A stretch of 64,000 nt of DNA from Opitutaceae bacterium (GTDB lineage Bacteria > Verrucomicrobiota > Verrucomicrobiia > Opitutales > Coraliomargaritaceae). The translations under genes and the position numbers were made by a program. The DNA lies in contig JBPOFZ010000027.1 in the NCBI GenBank assembly GCA_051252175.1, positions 1,238-65,237 of the forward strand, given 5' to 3'. This document shows positions 26,801 through 44,926 of this stretch, one piece after another. Every line of letters begins with the position of its first letter. The first letter of the stretch is position 1. Below the pieces are notes generated by a model. That model saw only the letters and a program-made list of their open reading frames with translations, had not been told where the DNA came from and searched no databases.

Positions 26801-27585
26801 CCGGCAGCTTCCGCCGACTGGAGGCACGCGTTCACCATATTCAGCAAGGGCAATTGATCTCCAGCACTTACCTTGGCCAATCGCATATCCTTATGCATGT
26901 TCTTTGTAGAGAATTGCGGAGCATAGTCCCCCTCGCGAAGTTTGTTTTCCTTAAGCGCAGAGAGCCCCGACCAAGAAACATTCTTCTTCATCACCTCAAA
27001 GAAAGTGTCGTCAGAAACGCCAGCTGAGCGCGCGATATGGATGCTCTCACACAAAGCTTGAGTGATCCCAACAATCTGTAAATTCATTGCGAGTTTCACA
27101 GAAGCAGCTTGAGCCGGAGTGCCGATAACAAAGCGATCACTCGAAAGAACCGAAAGTAATTCCTGCACCTCAGATGGGATCTCACTATTGGCTCCTAGGA
27201 AGTAAACTGTTTGATGCGCTTCCGCGGCAGGCTTGCTACCAGTGAACGGCGACTCAATATACCGCGCACCTGTCGCTTCGACTTTTGCTGCAAACTCAGT
27301 CGCGCTCAATGGATCGATGGTCGTGGATTGAATGATGGTATGCCCTGCGTTCAAATGCGGGCAAAGTTGATCGAGCGTTTCACGCACCGAGTCCGAATCA
27401 TACAAGCAAAGATGCAGATACTCAGCCTCAGCCGAACAGCTCTCCAATGAAGTCAGCTCAAAATCAAGCTCGGGCTTTGGGCGACGGCTCCAAACCGCAG
27501 CTAGTTTTCCAGCTTCCCGATAGTGCCCTGCCCATATCGAACCGATTAACCCTAGACCTAAGACTGCAACTTTTTGTTCGCTCAT
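26746..27585 (-). CDS. NAD(P)-dependent oxidoreductase (3-hydroxyisobutyrate/6-phosphogluconate dehydrogenase-like)
   Basis: N-terminal VAVLGLGLIGSIWAG Rossmann motif. C-terminal all-helical domain with the KDMRLA motif. Confidence 0.8.
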   Translation of the reverse strand: MSEQKVAVLGLGLIGSIWAGHYREAGKLAAVWSRRPKPELDFELTSLESCSAEAEYLHLCLYDSDSVRETLDQLCPHLNAGHTIIQSTTIDPLSATEFAAKVEATGARYIESPFTGSKPAAEAHQTVYFLGANSEIPSEVQELLSVLSSDRFVIGTPAQAASVKLAMNLQIVGITQALCESIHIARSAGVSDDTFFEVMKKNVSWSGLSALKENKLREGDYAPQFSTKNMHKDMRLAKVSAGDQLPLLNMVNACLQSAEAAGYGEDDFLSLMRLLSKDN

Positions 27586-27650
27586 AGACTTAGGATTTCA
27601 CGACAGCGAAAGTTGTCAACTTGGGAGAGACAAAGCTTCTGATGAATTGC

Positions 27651-27724
27651 CGTAGAAGCGGTTTTAACCGCTTTTTCCTATCGCCTGAGCAGAATGAAAT
27701 TAAGCGGTTAAAACCGCTTCTACG
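27651..27724. repeat. pair of inverted REP-like palindromic units (GTAGAAGCGGTTTTAACCGCTT)
   Basis: CGTAGAAGCGGTTTTAACCGCTT at 27651-27673 and its reverse complement AAGCGGTTAAAACCGCTTCTACG at 27702-27724. Each unit contains the palindrome GCGGTTNNAACCGC. A third unit lies at 36061-36082. Confidence 0.85.
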
Positions 27725-27789
27725 ATAAAGAAAAACGAGGTCTTCAAAATAGACCATGGTATTCTTCTTAATAACGGTAACCAGCTCGC

Positions 27790-29895
27790 CTACGGTTTAA
27801 TCGTATTATCCACTCCAGCATCTGTGACAACGCCTTTTGAATGCACGGTGCAGTTTGAACTGCGTGCGTCCATCTCGATCGGATAGTCCGTACCGTTGTT
27901 GATGACGAGTCCGGTAGCCTTGAGATTGTCTTGTGAGGATTTCTTGGTGCCGATATGCCCCTTGGTTTCGGCGTTGCCACCGACTTGAATTTTCAAGTCT
28001 GCGTCGGCTGCGATCTCATCGCTGTGCAAATTGATTTCTACATTTTCAGAGCCCGCAATGTAAGCGAGCAATCCGCTACCGTTATAAGCATCGCGATTCG
28101 ACAATATGGTTAAGTCTACGGAGATGTCTTTATCCGATGAATAATCAGATCGATAAGCCGGTCCGTATTTCGCGTCTGAACGGCAATTCACAATGCGCCC
28201 TCGCCCGATGCTGTAGCCCTTCTCGCAGTTAATCGTCGTGCAACCGATGGCGAGGCGTTCACCGCTGTTGTGCGTCATGACCACTCCGCTACGCATCCGA
28301 TTCACAGTGCAATTCTTGACCGTCATATTACGCGTATCGCGTTTACCTCCACCATAGATATTTGCCATCCCGTAGGAGCGAATCCCGTCTTCCTGCAGAC
28401 TGATCATGTAGCCGGGTTTTACCCGATTTCCCATTACAGTTTTGAAATCAACTTTGTCCGCCGGCGAGCCCGTTCCTGCTTCCGCAAGAATGTCGTCAGT
28501 CGTGCGCACCTCCCCTTCGACATAGCAGCCTTCGATAAGGCAGTCGTAAGCTCCCTGTGCATAGATGCCATGACCATACGCTCGATGGATAACGGTGGAG
28601 TCTTTCAAATGGTTGAAATCACCGCGCACGAGAATCGCACAGTGCTTCTGGTGATTGATCACGGGGTCTCTCCCCTTTCCGAAAAGATCGCCATACCCGT
28701 ATGGGAACGAGCCTTTGACCGTGAGGTGAAAGCCTTCGATTCGGTTGTGCGCGCCATCCATTACGATATTAGTCGCTCTCCAAGTGGGAGCATCGTTCAC
28801 CGAACCGTCATCTGCCAGTGTGAGATTTTTCAATACATTGTGTGTGCCAACGACTTGAATTTGATGCACGTCTGCACGACCAAATGCTTGCATCACACCC
28901 GTCTCTACATTGAGCGATACATCGGTAAAGTCATAATGACTGTGATGACCGGAAAACATGAACAATGGGTTGGTGTATTTACCATCGAGTGCTTCTTGTG
29001 CGGTTACAGAATACTCTCCGGGTGCCAACTTTACACGGACATGGCTTTGCTCCAAATAGGGCATCAACGCTTCCAAGGAGTCTACTGTGATCACCTCGCT
29101 AACGGGCAACTCTTTGATACGAATATTCCGGTACTGAAGCTCAGCATACTCGGCCTGGAGACCTATCCGTCCGTGATCCAGCGGGACACGTTGGCCATCC
29201 ACGATGGTGCTCATCGAGCCGACTCGGTTGACCTCTTTTCCATTGAGCTCGAAAATGGCTCCCTCGCCACCGCGAACCGTCAGCGTGATCTCGTTCCACT
29301 CCCCGTGTGGTTTTTCATTACCTTCTGGGATAAACGATTTGTCATACTTATAGTCGCTTCCAACTGGAATCAACGGACTACCTGGCGTATAAAAGTCGTT
29401 CTCACCTCGCGCATTCATTACGTGGATATCCTTGCCAATCACCCAGAGGTCACCCGTAGCATAGCGGTCTTTTGTCTTCGTCACATCGGATTCACCCAAC
29501 TGCATTTCGACGCAATTCGGCCATAACTCCGTCAAGTCACCATGGAGGTGAAACAGCAAACCGGCATCACGGTCATGGGTTAGTCGAGGCTCGAAGCGCG
29601 GATCCAGCCACCGATACTCCATCTTCAAGACGAAGTGACTAAACTCGACATCCGTATAGAGACAATCGATCGGCTGCTTCGACCCCGGCTCTTCTTGAGC
29701 ATAAACATGAATCGCCTGGTCAGCTGCGTTGACGCTAAATGCATTATCATCAGGGTTCTTCTCACCTAGGATCGATCTCCATCCTGTCAGATCGGTGCCA
29801 TTAAACAAAGGCTGGTATCCATCATCGGAATACAGCTGGCTGGAAATTAGGATTGTAGCGAAAACGCAAAAAGTTCGTTTGAGACAAGTATTCAT
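27790..29895 (-). CDS. secreted DUF1080 (3-keto-disaccharide hydrolase-like lectin fold) + right-handed beta-helix protein
   Basis: Signal peptide. N-terminal YQPLFNGTDLTGWRS...GLQAEYAELQYRNIRIKEL is DUF1080-like. The C-terminal half carries HNRIEGFHLTVKGSFPYGYG...QEDGIRSYG beta-helix repeats and is paralogous to the N-terminal half of 31357-34143. Confidence 0.7.
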   Translation of the reverse strand: MNTCLKRTFCVFATILISSQLYSDDGYQPLFNGTDLTGWRSILGEKNPDDNAFSVNAADQAIHVYAQEEPGSKQPIDCLYTDVEFSHFVLKMEYRWLDPRFEPRLTHDRDAGLLFHLHGDLTELWPNCVEMQLGESDVTKTKDRYATGDLWVIGKDIHVMNARGENDFYTPGSPLIPVGSDYKYDKSFIPEGNEKPHGEWNEITLTVRGGEGAIFELNGKEVNRVGSMSTIVDGQRVPLDHGRIGLQAEYAELQYRNIRIKELPVSEVITVDSLEALMPYLEQSHVRVKLAPGEYSVTAQEALDGKYTNPLFMFSGHHSHYDFTDVSLNVETGVMQAFGRADVHQIQVVGTHNVLKNLTLADDGSVNDAPTWRATNIVMDGAHNRIEGFHLTVKGSFPYGYGDLFGKGRDPVINHQKHCAILVRGDFNHLKDSTVIHRAYGHGIYAQGAYDCLIEGCYVEGEVRTTDDILAEAGTGSPADKVDFKTVMGNRVKPGYMISLQEDGIRSYGMANIYGGGKRDTRNMTVKNCTVNRMRSGVVMTHNSGERLAIGCTTINCEKGYSIGRGRIVNCRSDAKYGPAYRSDYSSDKDISVDLTILSNRDAYNGSGLLAYIAGSENVEINLHSDEIAADADLKIQVGGNAETKGHIGTKKSSQDNLKATGLVINNGTDYPIEMDARSSNCTVHSKGVVTDAGVDNTIKP

Positions 29896-30183
29896 GGGGG
29901 AGTTGTCGGATTATTAGAGACCAGAGGATCTTAGCGAATCAGGACTCAAAGCGCAATCAAGGCTTTGCGAAGAGCTAAATCTAAGAATAGTGAAACGGAT
30001 GGCGCCCCAGGTGCGTGCTTCGCCCACCTGCTAGGCTGAATAGCGAGCAACTCAAAGTCACCAAGCCTCCCCGAACCATTTACCACAGAAAGCAAATATT
30101 CCCTCTCGTTGAACATTGAAGACCACTGTCATGCAGAACTACGCTGAGATTCTTTCAGTCCACTCCTCCATCCCCCCACAGTC

Positions 30184-31332
30184 ATGAGAAATCCTATTTT
30201 ATTGCTAGGAAAATTCGCCCTACTATCAGCCGCGTTGAGCCTAACAGCCACCGCTGCTTTTCAACCAAAATTGGACAAGGTTCAGATCGAAGCTGAAGTG
30301 CTATCCATTATGGATTCGAAATGGCAGGATAAATTTGTGCATGTCGAATACCCAAAGCAAATCCTGAGTACTGCCGTGGTGCTCGAACCGGGCGATTCAA
30401 TTCAAGAAGCCATCGATACAACCAGTCAGAACGGCGGCGGGGTGATTCAACTCAAGGCTGGCATTCACTCAATCGACGCAACTCTATTCCTAAAGAGCAA
30501 TGTAAGCATCGTCGGCGAGGGACGCGAGCGCACGATCCTGCAACAAACAATCGACATGAGTGGCTCATGCTTTGAAGCGCCACCCAAACCACAGGTCACA
30601 GATGTGTTGATCAAGGATCTCTGGATCAAGGGAATCCATAAAAACAAAGCTAATGGCATCTTTATGTCTGGAAGGAACGAAAGCCGCCATACGCGGATAA
30701 TGATCCAGAATATCAATATTACCGACTGGGCGACGCATGGACTGCACATGAAGCGCACCGACAACATTATCATGGATCAGTCCAAGCTGCAGTTCAATGG
30801 CTCGGGCGATGGTCTGTATCACAATGTCTACTTCCTCTATAACAAATACATCTTACAATCAGACTTGGACATGTCCTTCCCGATTCTGGGTAAGGGCTGT
30901 AAATACACTTCAGTGGAACACATGCTGGCGCAGCGCTGCACGATTCGTGAGTGCGTTGGTAACGGAATCCAGTCTGATCATGAGCAAGCCGGTTACCTAT
31001 TCTTCCACAAATACACGATCAGCGGTTGCGGGCGCGTAGGCATGTGGTTCCCATGCGAGCACTATTACGATAAGTTCAACTACACGGAAGATCCGAAGTA
31101 TGCCCCACAAAAGGTCATTCTAAATCGCTGCACCATCACGGACAACACCTGGGGTGCAATGTGGCGAATGGTCGGCGATTCGTATGTAATCAACTCCACC
31201 TTCTCGAATGAGAAAATCGATATGGGTCTGCTCAAATGCGAAGTCGAAACGGAAGGCTCCGTATTTGAAACCGGCAACAAGGAATACACCGATGTCAAAC
31301 AATGGCCCGAGGATGTGGAACTACTTTGGTAA
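30184..31332 (+). CDS. secreted right-handed parallel beta-helix (pectate-lyase-fold) protein
   Basis: Signal peptide. IQEAIDTTSQNGGGVIQLKAGIH is a Pectate_lyase_3-like start. Paralogous over its full length to the C-terminal domain of 31357-34143. Confidence 0.6.
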   Translation: MRNPILLLGKFALLSAALSLTATAAFQPKLDKVQIEAEVLSIMDSKWQDKFVHVEYPKQILSTAVVLEPGDSIQEAIDTTSQNGGGVIQLKAGIHSIDATLFLKSNVSIVGEGRERTILQQTIDMSGSCFEAPPKPQVTDVLIKDLWIKGIHKNKANGIFMSGRNESRHTRIMIQNINITDWATHGLHMKRTDNIIMDQSKLQFNGSGDGLYHNVYFLYNKYILQSDLDMSFPILGKGCKYTSVEHMLAQRCTIRECVGNGIQSDHEQAGYLFFHKYTISGCGRVGMWFPCEHYYDKFNYTEDPKYAPQKVILNRCTITDNTWGAMWRMVGDSYVINSTFSNEKIDMGLLKCEVETEGSVFETGNKEYTDVKQWPEDVELLW

Positions 31333-31356
31333 TCACTTTAAATAGAGAACTTAACT

Positions 31357-34143
31357 ATGACCTTTAAAAATCCATTCAAACTGTTCGCACTATTACTATT
31401 GCTCGGTTTCACCTGCGGAACGTCTATCGCAAGAACCATGGTAAACGTATCTTCGCTCGCCGAGTTACGCGCAGCGGTGCAAAACAGCGACCAGCATATC
31501 AAAATGCAGCCGGGCAACTATTCGATCACAGAGCTGCCTCGCAAATCTAGAAGTTTCCCCTGCTCAGGAAACAATAACCTCATCGAAATGACGGGTGTCT
31601 ATATTAAGTTTCCCGTAGGCGATGTAGATGGAGCCTACTTCAAACTGACTGGTGAGCACATCACGCTACGAGGCGGAGAATATGAAGACGTCTACAAAAA
31701 CGGCATGACGGAAGTTACCGACTTTGGCGCCTACAATCAGGATCGAAAGAATCTAGCACGGGGGCAAAAAGGCGGCGCACTGATCACGGTGCCTGGAAAT
31801 CATAACCGCGTGGAAGGCATTAAACTGACCGCACGGGGCTCGTTTCCCTACGGCTATGGCAACATCTACGGAATTGGAGGCAAGAACGCTGCAGGGCTCG
31901 ACAAACGTTGTGGTCTCTTGATCCACGGAAAGAACGTAACCATCGAGGGTTCCGAATTCCAGCACCGAGCCTTTGGGCACGTCATCTACATGGGAGGCGG
32001 CTTCGACAAGGTGCTCATCAAGGACTGCTTGATCGAAGGTGCCGTTCGACCGAGCAACGACCTATACACCGAGACCAACGACGGAGATCTGCCTAAACGC
32101 TTCAACTACGAAGTGCAATTTGACGTCCTAGAAGACCTGCCGATCCCTCGAAATAAAATGCTAAACCTCACCGAGGATGGCATCCGCGCATATCCCGGAT
32201 CTGGCGATGTTACCGTGGAGAATTGCGTCATCAAAAAGTGCCGCGCAGGTATAAAGCTCTACATGACCAGTGGAAAAGCCATCGCCCGAAACTGCACGGT
32301 TCTCGACACGATCGTAGAAGGCTACTCGATGCCGAGTGATGGCGAAGTGATCAACTGCAAGGGCAACGCCGCGTATGGTCCGTTGATTTACATCCACCCT
32401 GCCGATAACTTCTACAAAGTCGAAGCAGCTCACAGAAGTAACATCGAACTCGAACTCCTACCGTCCCCGCACGCAGTCGGCAACCATGTGATGGCAGCGA
32501 TTCGTGGCACGAATAACATTTTTAAACTGACTCAAAAAGAGAGTCCGATAGATACAACACTCCGCCCGATAGTTATGGGATATTATTCACGCTTCGAGCT
32601 TCTGACGACTGACTTCCCCGGTGTGCCCGAGGGCTACGAAGCAAACTACGAAAAGAACAAAGTCCCTTACGAAGCTAGGGAAAACACGCTGATCAATGAA
32701 ACTGAGTACCCCGTCATCCTAGGCGAACACTCTGAGCGAAACAACGTCACTAGCTACGGAACCATCACGGATTACGGCAAGAATAATGCAACGCTCCCGA
32801 TCGAGCAGCTCCCCACCCTAGTCTCAACAAACGAGCTACGCGGGCTAGTAACTGACGACCATCAAGCACCACTCGATGGCGTATCGATCAGCTACAATGG
32901 AGAAGCAGTAAAGACCAAAGCGGACGGTCACTTCACTTGGTCGACTGCAGATTTGAAAAATAAAACCATCGAACTGCATGTATCGAAACTTGGATACATC
33001 GCTCAAAAAATCACTATCGACCTGAAGAAACCCGAGCGATCGGCTCTGAACATTCAGCTAAAATCAGATGGTGACGCGCGAGCAAAATACAAGATCTCCA
33101 AAGTCGCGATTGAACCAGAGGCACTTGCGATTATTGACGAAAAATGGGGCGACGCGTTTATACATGCCGAACATCCGAAACAGTATTTCGACAAAGTCAT
33201 CACCTTGAAACCTGGCGATGACATCCAGAATGCTATCGATGAAGCTCATGCCGCAGGTGGCGGCATCGTGTTTTTAACCGCAGGCAACTATGAGGCGGAC
33301 GACTTGAAGCTTCGAAGTAAGGTGACGCTAAGCGGCGCGGGTCGCACAAAGACCGTCGTCACCCACACTGGAAAAGGCAATTTCATGGATCAAGCTGCCC
33401 CGAAGTTGACCGATGTGATCTTTAAAGATCTAACACTCAAGGGCGGTAAGGATACAAAGAGTGGGCTAAACCTACGTGGCGACAATGACGACCGGCATGA
33501 ACGGTTCATGTGGCAGAATGTGACGGTTACGGGTGTTGGTTCGCACGGAGTCGGCATCAGTCGCGTAAACCATATAATCATGGATAACAGTGTTTTTCAG
33601 CACAATGGCACGAAGGGCGGGCTGCACCACAATGTTTACTTCCTGTTTGTCGGACACGTATTGCAATCAGACTGCGACATGTCCTACCCCAAAGAAGGCA
33701 AAGCAAACAAGTATACATCGACGAGACATTTACTCACGCAGCGATGCATCATGAAGAAAGGCAAAGAGAATGGGATTCAGGCCGACAATGATCAAGGAGG
33801 CTACCTCTTCTTCCACAAGCACCACTTCTCAGAATTTGATAAAGTCGCTCTATGGTTTCCCTGCGAGTCCTACTACGATAAATTCACTTACACAGAAGAT
33901 CCAAAGTGGGTACCACAAAACGTGATACTCAATCGTTGTGAAGTCGTCGACAGCACATGGGGTGCAATGTGGCGTATCGTCGGCGGAAAGAGCTTTGTCA
34001 TCAATAGCACCTTCGACAATGAGAAGATCGACATGGGTTTATTGAAATGTGATGTCCAAATGACTGGCAGTACTTTTAAAACCGGCAATCAGGAATACAC
34101 AGATGTTAAACAGTGGCCTGAAGATGTGGAACTCCTCTGGTAA
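31357..34143 (+). CDS. secreted multi-domain protein: beta-helix domain + carboxypeptidase-regulatory-like Ig domain + second beta-helix domain
   Basis: Signal peptide. N-terminal domain with HNRVEGIKLTARGSFPYGYG...TEDGIRAYPG. Mid-region GLVTDDHQAPLDGVSISYNGEAVKTKADGHF. C-terminal domain IQNAIDEAHAAGGGIVFLTAGNY...EYTDVKQWPEDVELLW. Confidence 0.6.
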   Translation: MTFKNPFKLFALLLLLGFTCGTSIARTMVNVSSLAELRAAVQNSDQHIKMQPGNYSITELPRKSRSFPCSGNNNLIEMTGVYIKFPVGDVDGAYFKLTGEHITLRGGEYEDVYKNGMTEVTDFGAYNQDRKNLARGQKGGALITVPGNHNRVEGIKLTARGSFPYGYGNIYGIGGKNAAGLDKRCGLLIHGKNVTIEGSEFQHRAFGHVIYMGGGFDKVLIKDCLIEGAVRPSNDLYTETNDGDLPKRFNYEVQFDVLEDLPIPRNKMLNLTEDGIRAYPGSGDVTVENCVIKKCRAGIKLYMTSGKAIARNCTVLDTIVEGYSMPSDGEVINCKGNAAYGPLIYIHPADNFYKVEAAHRSNIELELLPSPHAVGNHVMAAIRGTNNIFKLTQKESPIDTTLRPIVMGYYSRFELLTTDFPGVPEGYEANYEKNKVPYEARENTLINETEYPVILGEHSERNNVTSYGTITDYGKNNATLPIEQLPTLVSTNELRGLVTDDHQAPLDGVSISYNGEAVKTKADGHFTWSTADLKNKTIELHVSKLGYIAQKITIDLKKPERSALNIQLKSDGDARAKYKISKVAIEPEALAIIDEKWGDAFIHAEHPKQYFDKVITLKPGDDIQNAIDEAHAAGGGIVFLTAGNYEADDLKLRSKVTLSGAGRTKTVVTHTGKGNFMDQAAPKLTDVIFKDLTLKGGKDTKSGLNLRGDNDDRHERFMWQNVTVTGVGSHGVGISRVNHIIMDNSVFQHNGTKGGLHHNVYFLFVGHVLQSDCDMSYPKEGKANKYTSTRHLLTQRCIMKKGKENGIQADNDQGGYLFFHKHHFSEFDKVALWFPCESYYDKFTYTEDPKWVPQNVILNRCEVVDSTWGAMWRIVGGKSFVINSTFDNEKIDMGLLKCDVQMTGSTFKTGNQEYTDVKQWPEDVELLW

Positions 34144-34184
34144 TACCACCCGACAAAGCACACGCGAAAGAGCGATCAATTGTT

Positions 34185-35981
34185 ATGAAAAACTCACACT
34201 GGAAGCACACTTTATTGGCAGGTCTCACACTATTAACGACCGCTCTGCCAGCTGTAGAAACCGCTGCTGATTGGTCTTATTTGGCAGAGACCACAGAGCA
34301 GCATGCTGAAAAAATGGAGTGGTGGAACGACGCCCGGTTTGGAATGTTTGTCCACTGGGGAGTCTACTCCGCAACGGGTGGAGAGTTCCGAGGAACGTAT
34401 CCTGACTGGAGTTCCGAATGGATGATGAACAAGGGGCGCATCCCGATTGCAGACTACAAAGTAAACAACGTAGATCAGTTCAACCCGACACAGTTTGATG
34501 CAGGGATGTTCGTTCGCTTAGCCAAACAAGCGGGAATGAAATATATCGTGATCACCGCCAAGCATCACGATGGGCTCTCGATGTTTCACTCAAAGGCGAG
34601 TGACTACAATGTCGTTGATGCGACTCCATTTGGACGCGACGTCATGAAGGAATTGGCGATCGCTTGTGCTGAAGAAGGTATCCGTTTCGGATTCTACTAT
34701 TCACAATGCCAAGACTGGCATCATCCAGGCGGTATGGGAAATGACTGGGACGATACGATTGATCGCGTCAGCTTCGATGCGTATGTCGAAGACAAGGCGG
34801 CACCTGAGATTAAGCAATTACTCACCGAATACGGACCGATTTCAATATTCTGGTGGGATACTCCACGTGAGATGAGTAAAGCAGCTTTTGATGCATTGCA
34901 CTCCAGCACCGACCTGCAACCAGGCATCATTACCAACGACCGTCTAGGCAAAGAATATCCAGGCGACCACAAGACCTTCGAACGCCGGATTCCGCGCAAA
35001 GCTCCGCTCGGAGTTGACTGGGAAGTTTGCATGCCAATCAGCGGGAGCTGGGGATACAAAAAGACGGATACACAATTCAAATCCACCGAAACCTTAATTC
35101 AAAACCTCTGCGACATCGCGAGTAAGGGAGGCAATTATCTACTCAATGTGAGCCCCACTGATCAAGGCATTCTATTGCCCCAAGCGACCGAACGTCTAAA
35201 AGCCATGGGTGAATGGATGAAGGTAAACAGTGAGTCTATCTACGGCACGACGGGCAGCCCCTTTGGCGATCTCGACTGGGGGCGCTGCACGAAAAAAGAA
35301 TATGCCCGCGGCACGACGCTTTACTTCCACGTCTTTGATTGGCCAGCTGACGGTAAACTACGCATTCCCGGACTGCGAAGCAAAGTCGGCCAGGCTTATC
35401 TCATGGACGGATGGAATCCTTTGGCAATTGAAGTCGATGATGCCGATGTCGTGATTTCTGTGCCAGAGAAAGCGCCACATGAAATTGCCAGTGTGGTCGT
35501 CGTCAAGGTTATGGGTGCCCTAGAAGTTGATCGCGCATTGCCGCAAACCAATGCGGAAGGTGCCTTAGTCCTGCTAGCAGAAGACGCTTACCTTCACAAC
35601 AATGAAGGCAGCGAAGACCTTCGCCTGCATCACAAGCACAATGGCGAAGCCCACCTCACCAGTTGGAGCGATGAAGCTGCGTGGGCAGAGTGGTCATTTG
35701 TAATCAACGAGCCCGGCCAGTATGAAGTCTCCGCAGAGCTATCTGCATCGAAAGAAATGGGAGCACAAACAGCCAATCAAACAAGCGCGTTTCGTATGGG
35801 TCTCGTAGGGCAGCTCCAATCAGTAGAAATCGCCCTCCCCCAACCTTCCAAAAAACCGGAAACGAAATCACTCGGCGTAATCAAAGTTGAAAAATCCGGT
35901 GAATACACTCTACAAATCAAACCAGAAAAGGAAAACTGGCTGCCGATCGATTTGAATCAGCTGATGCTGAAGCTGAAGTAG
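34185..35981 (+). CDS. GH29 alpha-L-fucosidase with a C-terminal accessory (CBM-like) region
   Basis: Signal peptide. ARFGMFVHWGVYS and ITAKHHDGLSMFHS are GH29 hallmarks. Confidence 0.85.
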   Translation: MKNSHWKHTLLAGLTLLTTALPAVETAADWSYLAETTEQHAEKMEWWNDARFGMFVHWGVYSATGGEFRGTYPDWSSEWMMNKGRIPIADYKVNNVDQFNPTQFDAGMFVRLAKQAGMKYIVITAKHHDGLSMFHSKASDYNVVDATPFGRDVMKELAIACAEEGIRFGFYYSQCQDWHHPGGMGNDWDDTIDRVSFDAYVEDKAAPEIKQLLTEYGPISIFWWDTPREMSKAAFDALHSSTDLQPGIITNDRLGKEYPGDHKTFERRIPRKAPLGVDWEVCMPISGSWGYKKTDTQFKSTETLIQNLCDIASKGGNYLLNVSPTDQGILLPQATERLKAMGEWMKVNSESIYGTTGSPFGDLDWGRCTKKEYARGTTLYFHVFDWPADGKLRIPGLRSKVGQAYLMDGWNPLAIEVDDADVVISVPEKAPHEIASVVVVKVMGALEVDRALPQTNAEGALVLLAEDAYLHNNEGSEDLRLHHKHNGEAHLTSWSDEAAWAEWSFVINEPGQYEVSAELSASKEMGAQTANQTSAFRMGLVGQLQSVEIALPQPSKKPETKSLGVIKVEKSGEYTLQIKPEKENWLPIDLNQLMLKLK

Positions 35982-36060
35982 ACTTCAAACCATCGCAGAT
36001 TATCCGGAGTTCTCTCTGCCTACTTCTTAAAAATGTGCGGCTACGACCGCACCAGGGTGC

Positions 36061-36082
36061 AAGCGGTTAAAACCGCTTCTAC
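36061..36082. repeat. third copy of the REP-like unit AAGCGGTTAAAACCGCTTCTAC
   Basis: Identical over 22 nt to 27702-27723. Confidence 0.85.
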
Positions 36083-36084
36083 AA

Positions 36085-36119
36085 ACACAAAAGAGCCCAT
36101 CTCTTTCGAGATGGGCTCT
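36085..36119 (-). terminator. rho-independent terminator after rpoC
   Basis: On the minus strand: AGAGCCCATCTC-gaaa-GAGATGGGCTCT followed by TTTTGTGTTTG, 46 nt after the rpoC stop. Confidence 0.75.
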
Positions 36120-36164
36120 TGTAGAATTCTACTAATTGTTAGCCCTTCGACAGGCTCAGGATTG

Positions 36165-40412
<4,248 letters not shown>

Positions 40413-40452
40413 TTAGTAAACCTTTTTTAGAAATTATCGGTTAAGTGTCTCC

Positions 40453-44235
<3,783 letters not shown>

Positions 44236-44299
44236 AATGAGGATGTCGGGATGACGGTGATGTGACGATTGATGAACTGTGGTTGCCAATGTTGATTGG

Positions 44300-44350
44300 C
44301 TGAAAAGACAAAAACAGCTAGGCGAGGCTCACCCGATTTGGGTGAGCTCA
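44300..44350 (-). terminator. rplL-rpoB intergenic hairpin (attenuator-type partial terminator candidate)
   Basis: On the minus strand: GAGCTCACCC-aaatc-GGGTGAGCCTC (one bulge), followed within 8 nt by GTTTTTGTCTTTT. Confidence 0.45.
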
Positions 44351-44400
44351 CCTAACTGTGAAAATGTGAACTGTAGAATATAAGTCTAAGTTTCCGAGAA

Positions 44401-44781
<381 letters not shown>

Positions 44782-44926
44782 GATGTTTTACCTTTCAATG
44801 GTTAGCACCCCGAGAATCGGGATATTTAAGGAGTTGGTTCCCCCTAACCTTATTTTTATATGGTTGTTGTGTAAATGGTCGCCGATCCAGATTTGAATCG
44901 ACGACCAAAAATAGTTACTAATTCGA

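Noticed and set aside
28270-29526. 418-aa plus-strand ORF.
   Set aside because: It lies fully inside the minus-strand DUF1080/beta-helix gene. That gene has a signal peptide, recognisable domains and a paralogue next door. The plus-strand translation has none of these.
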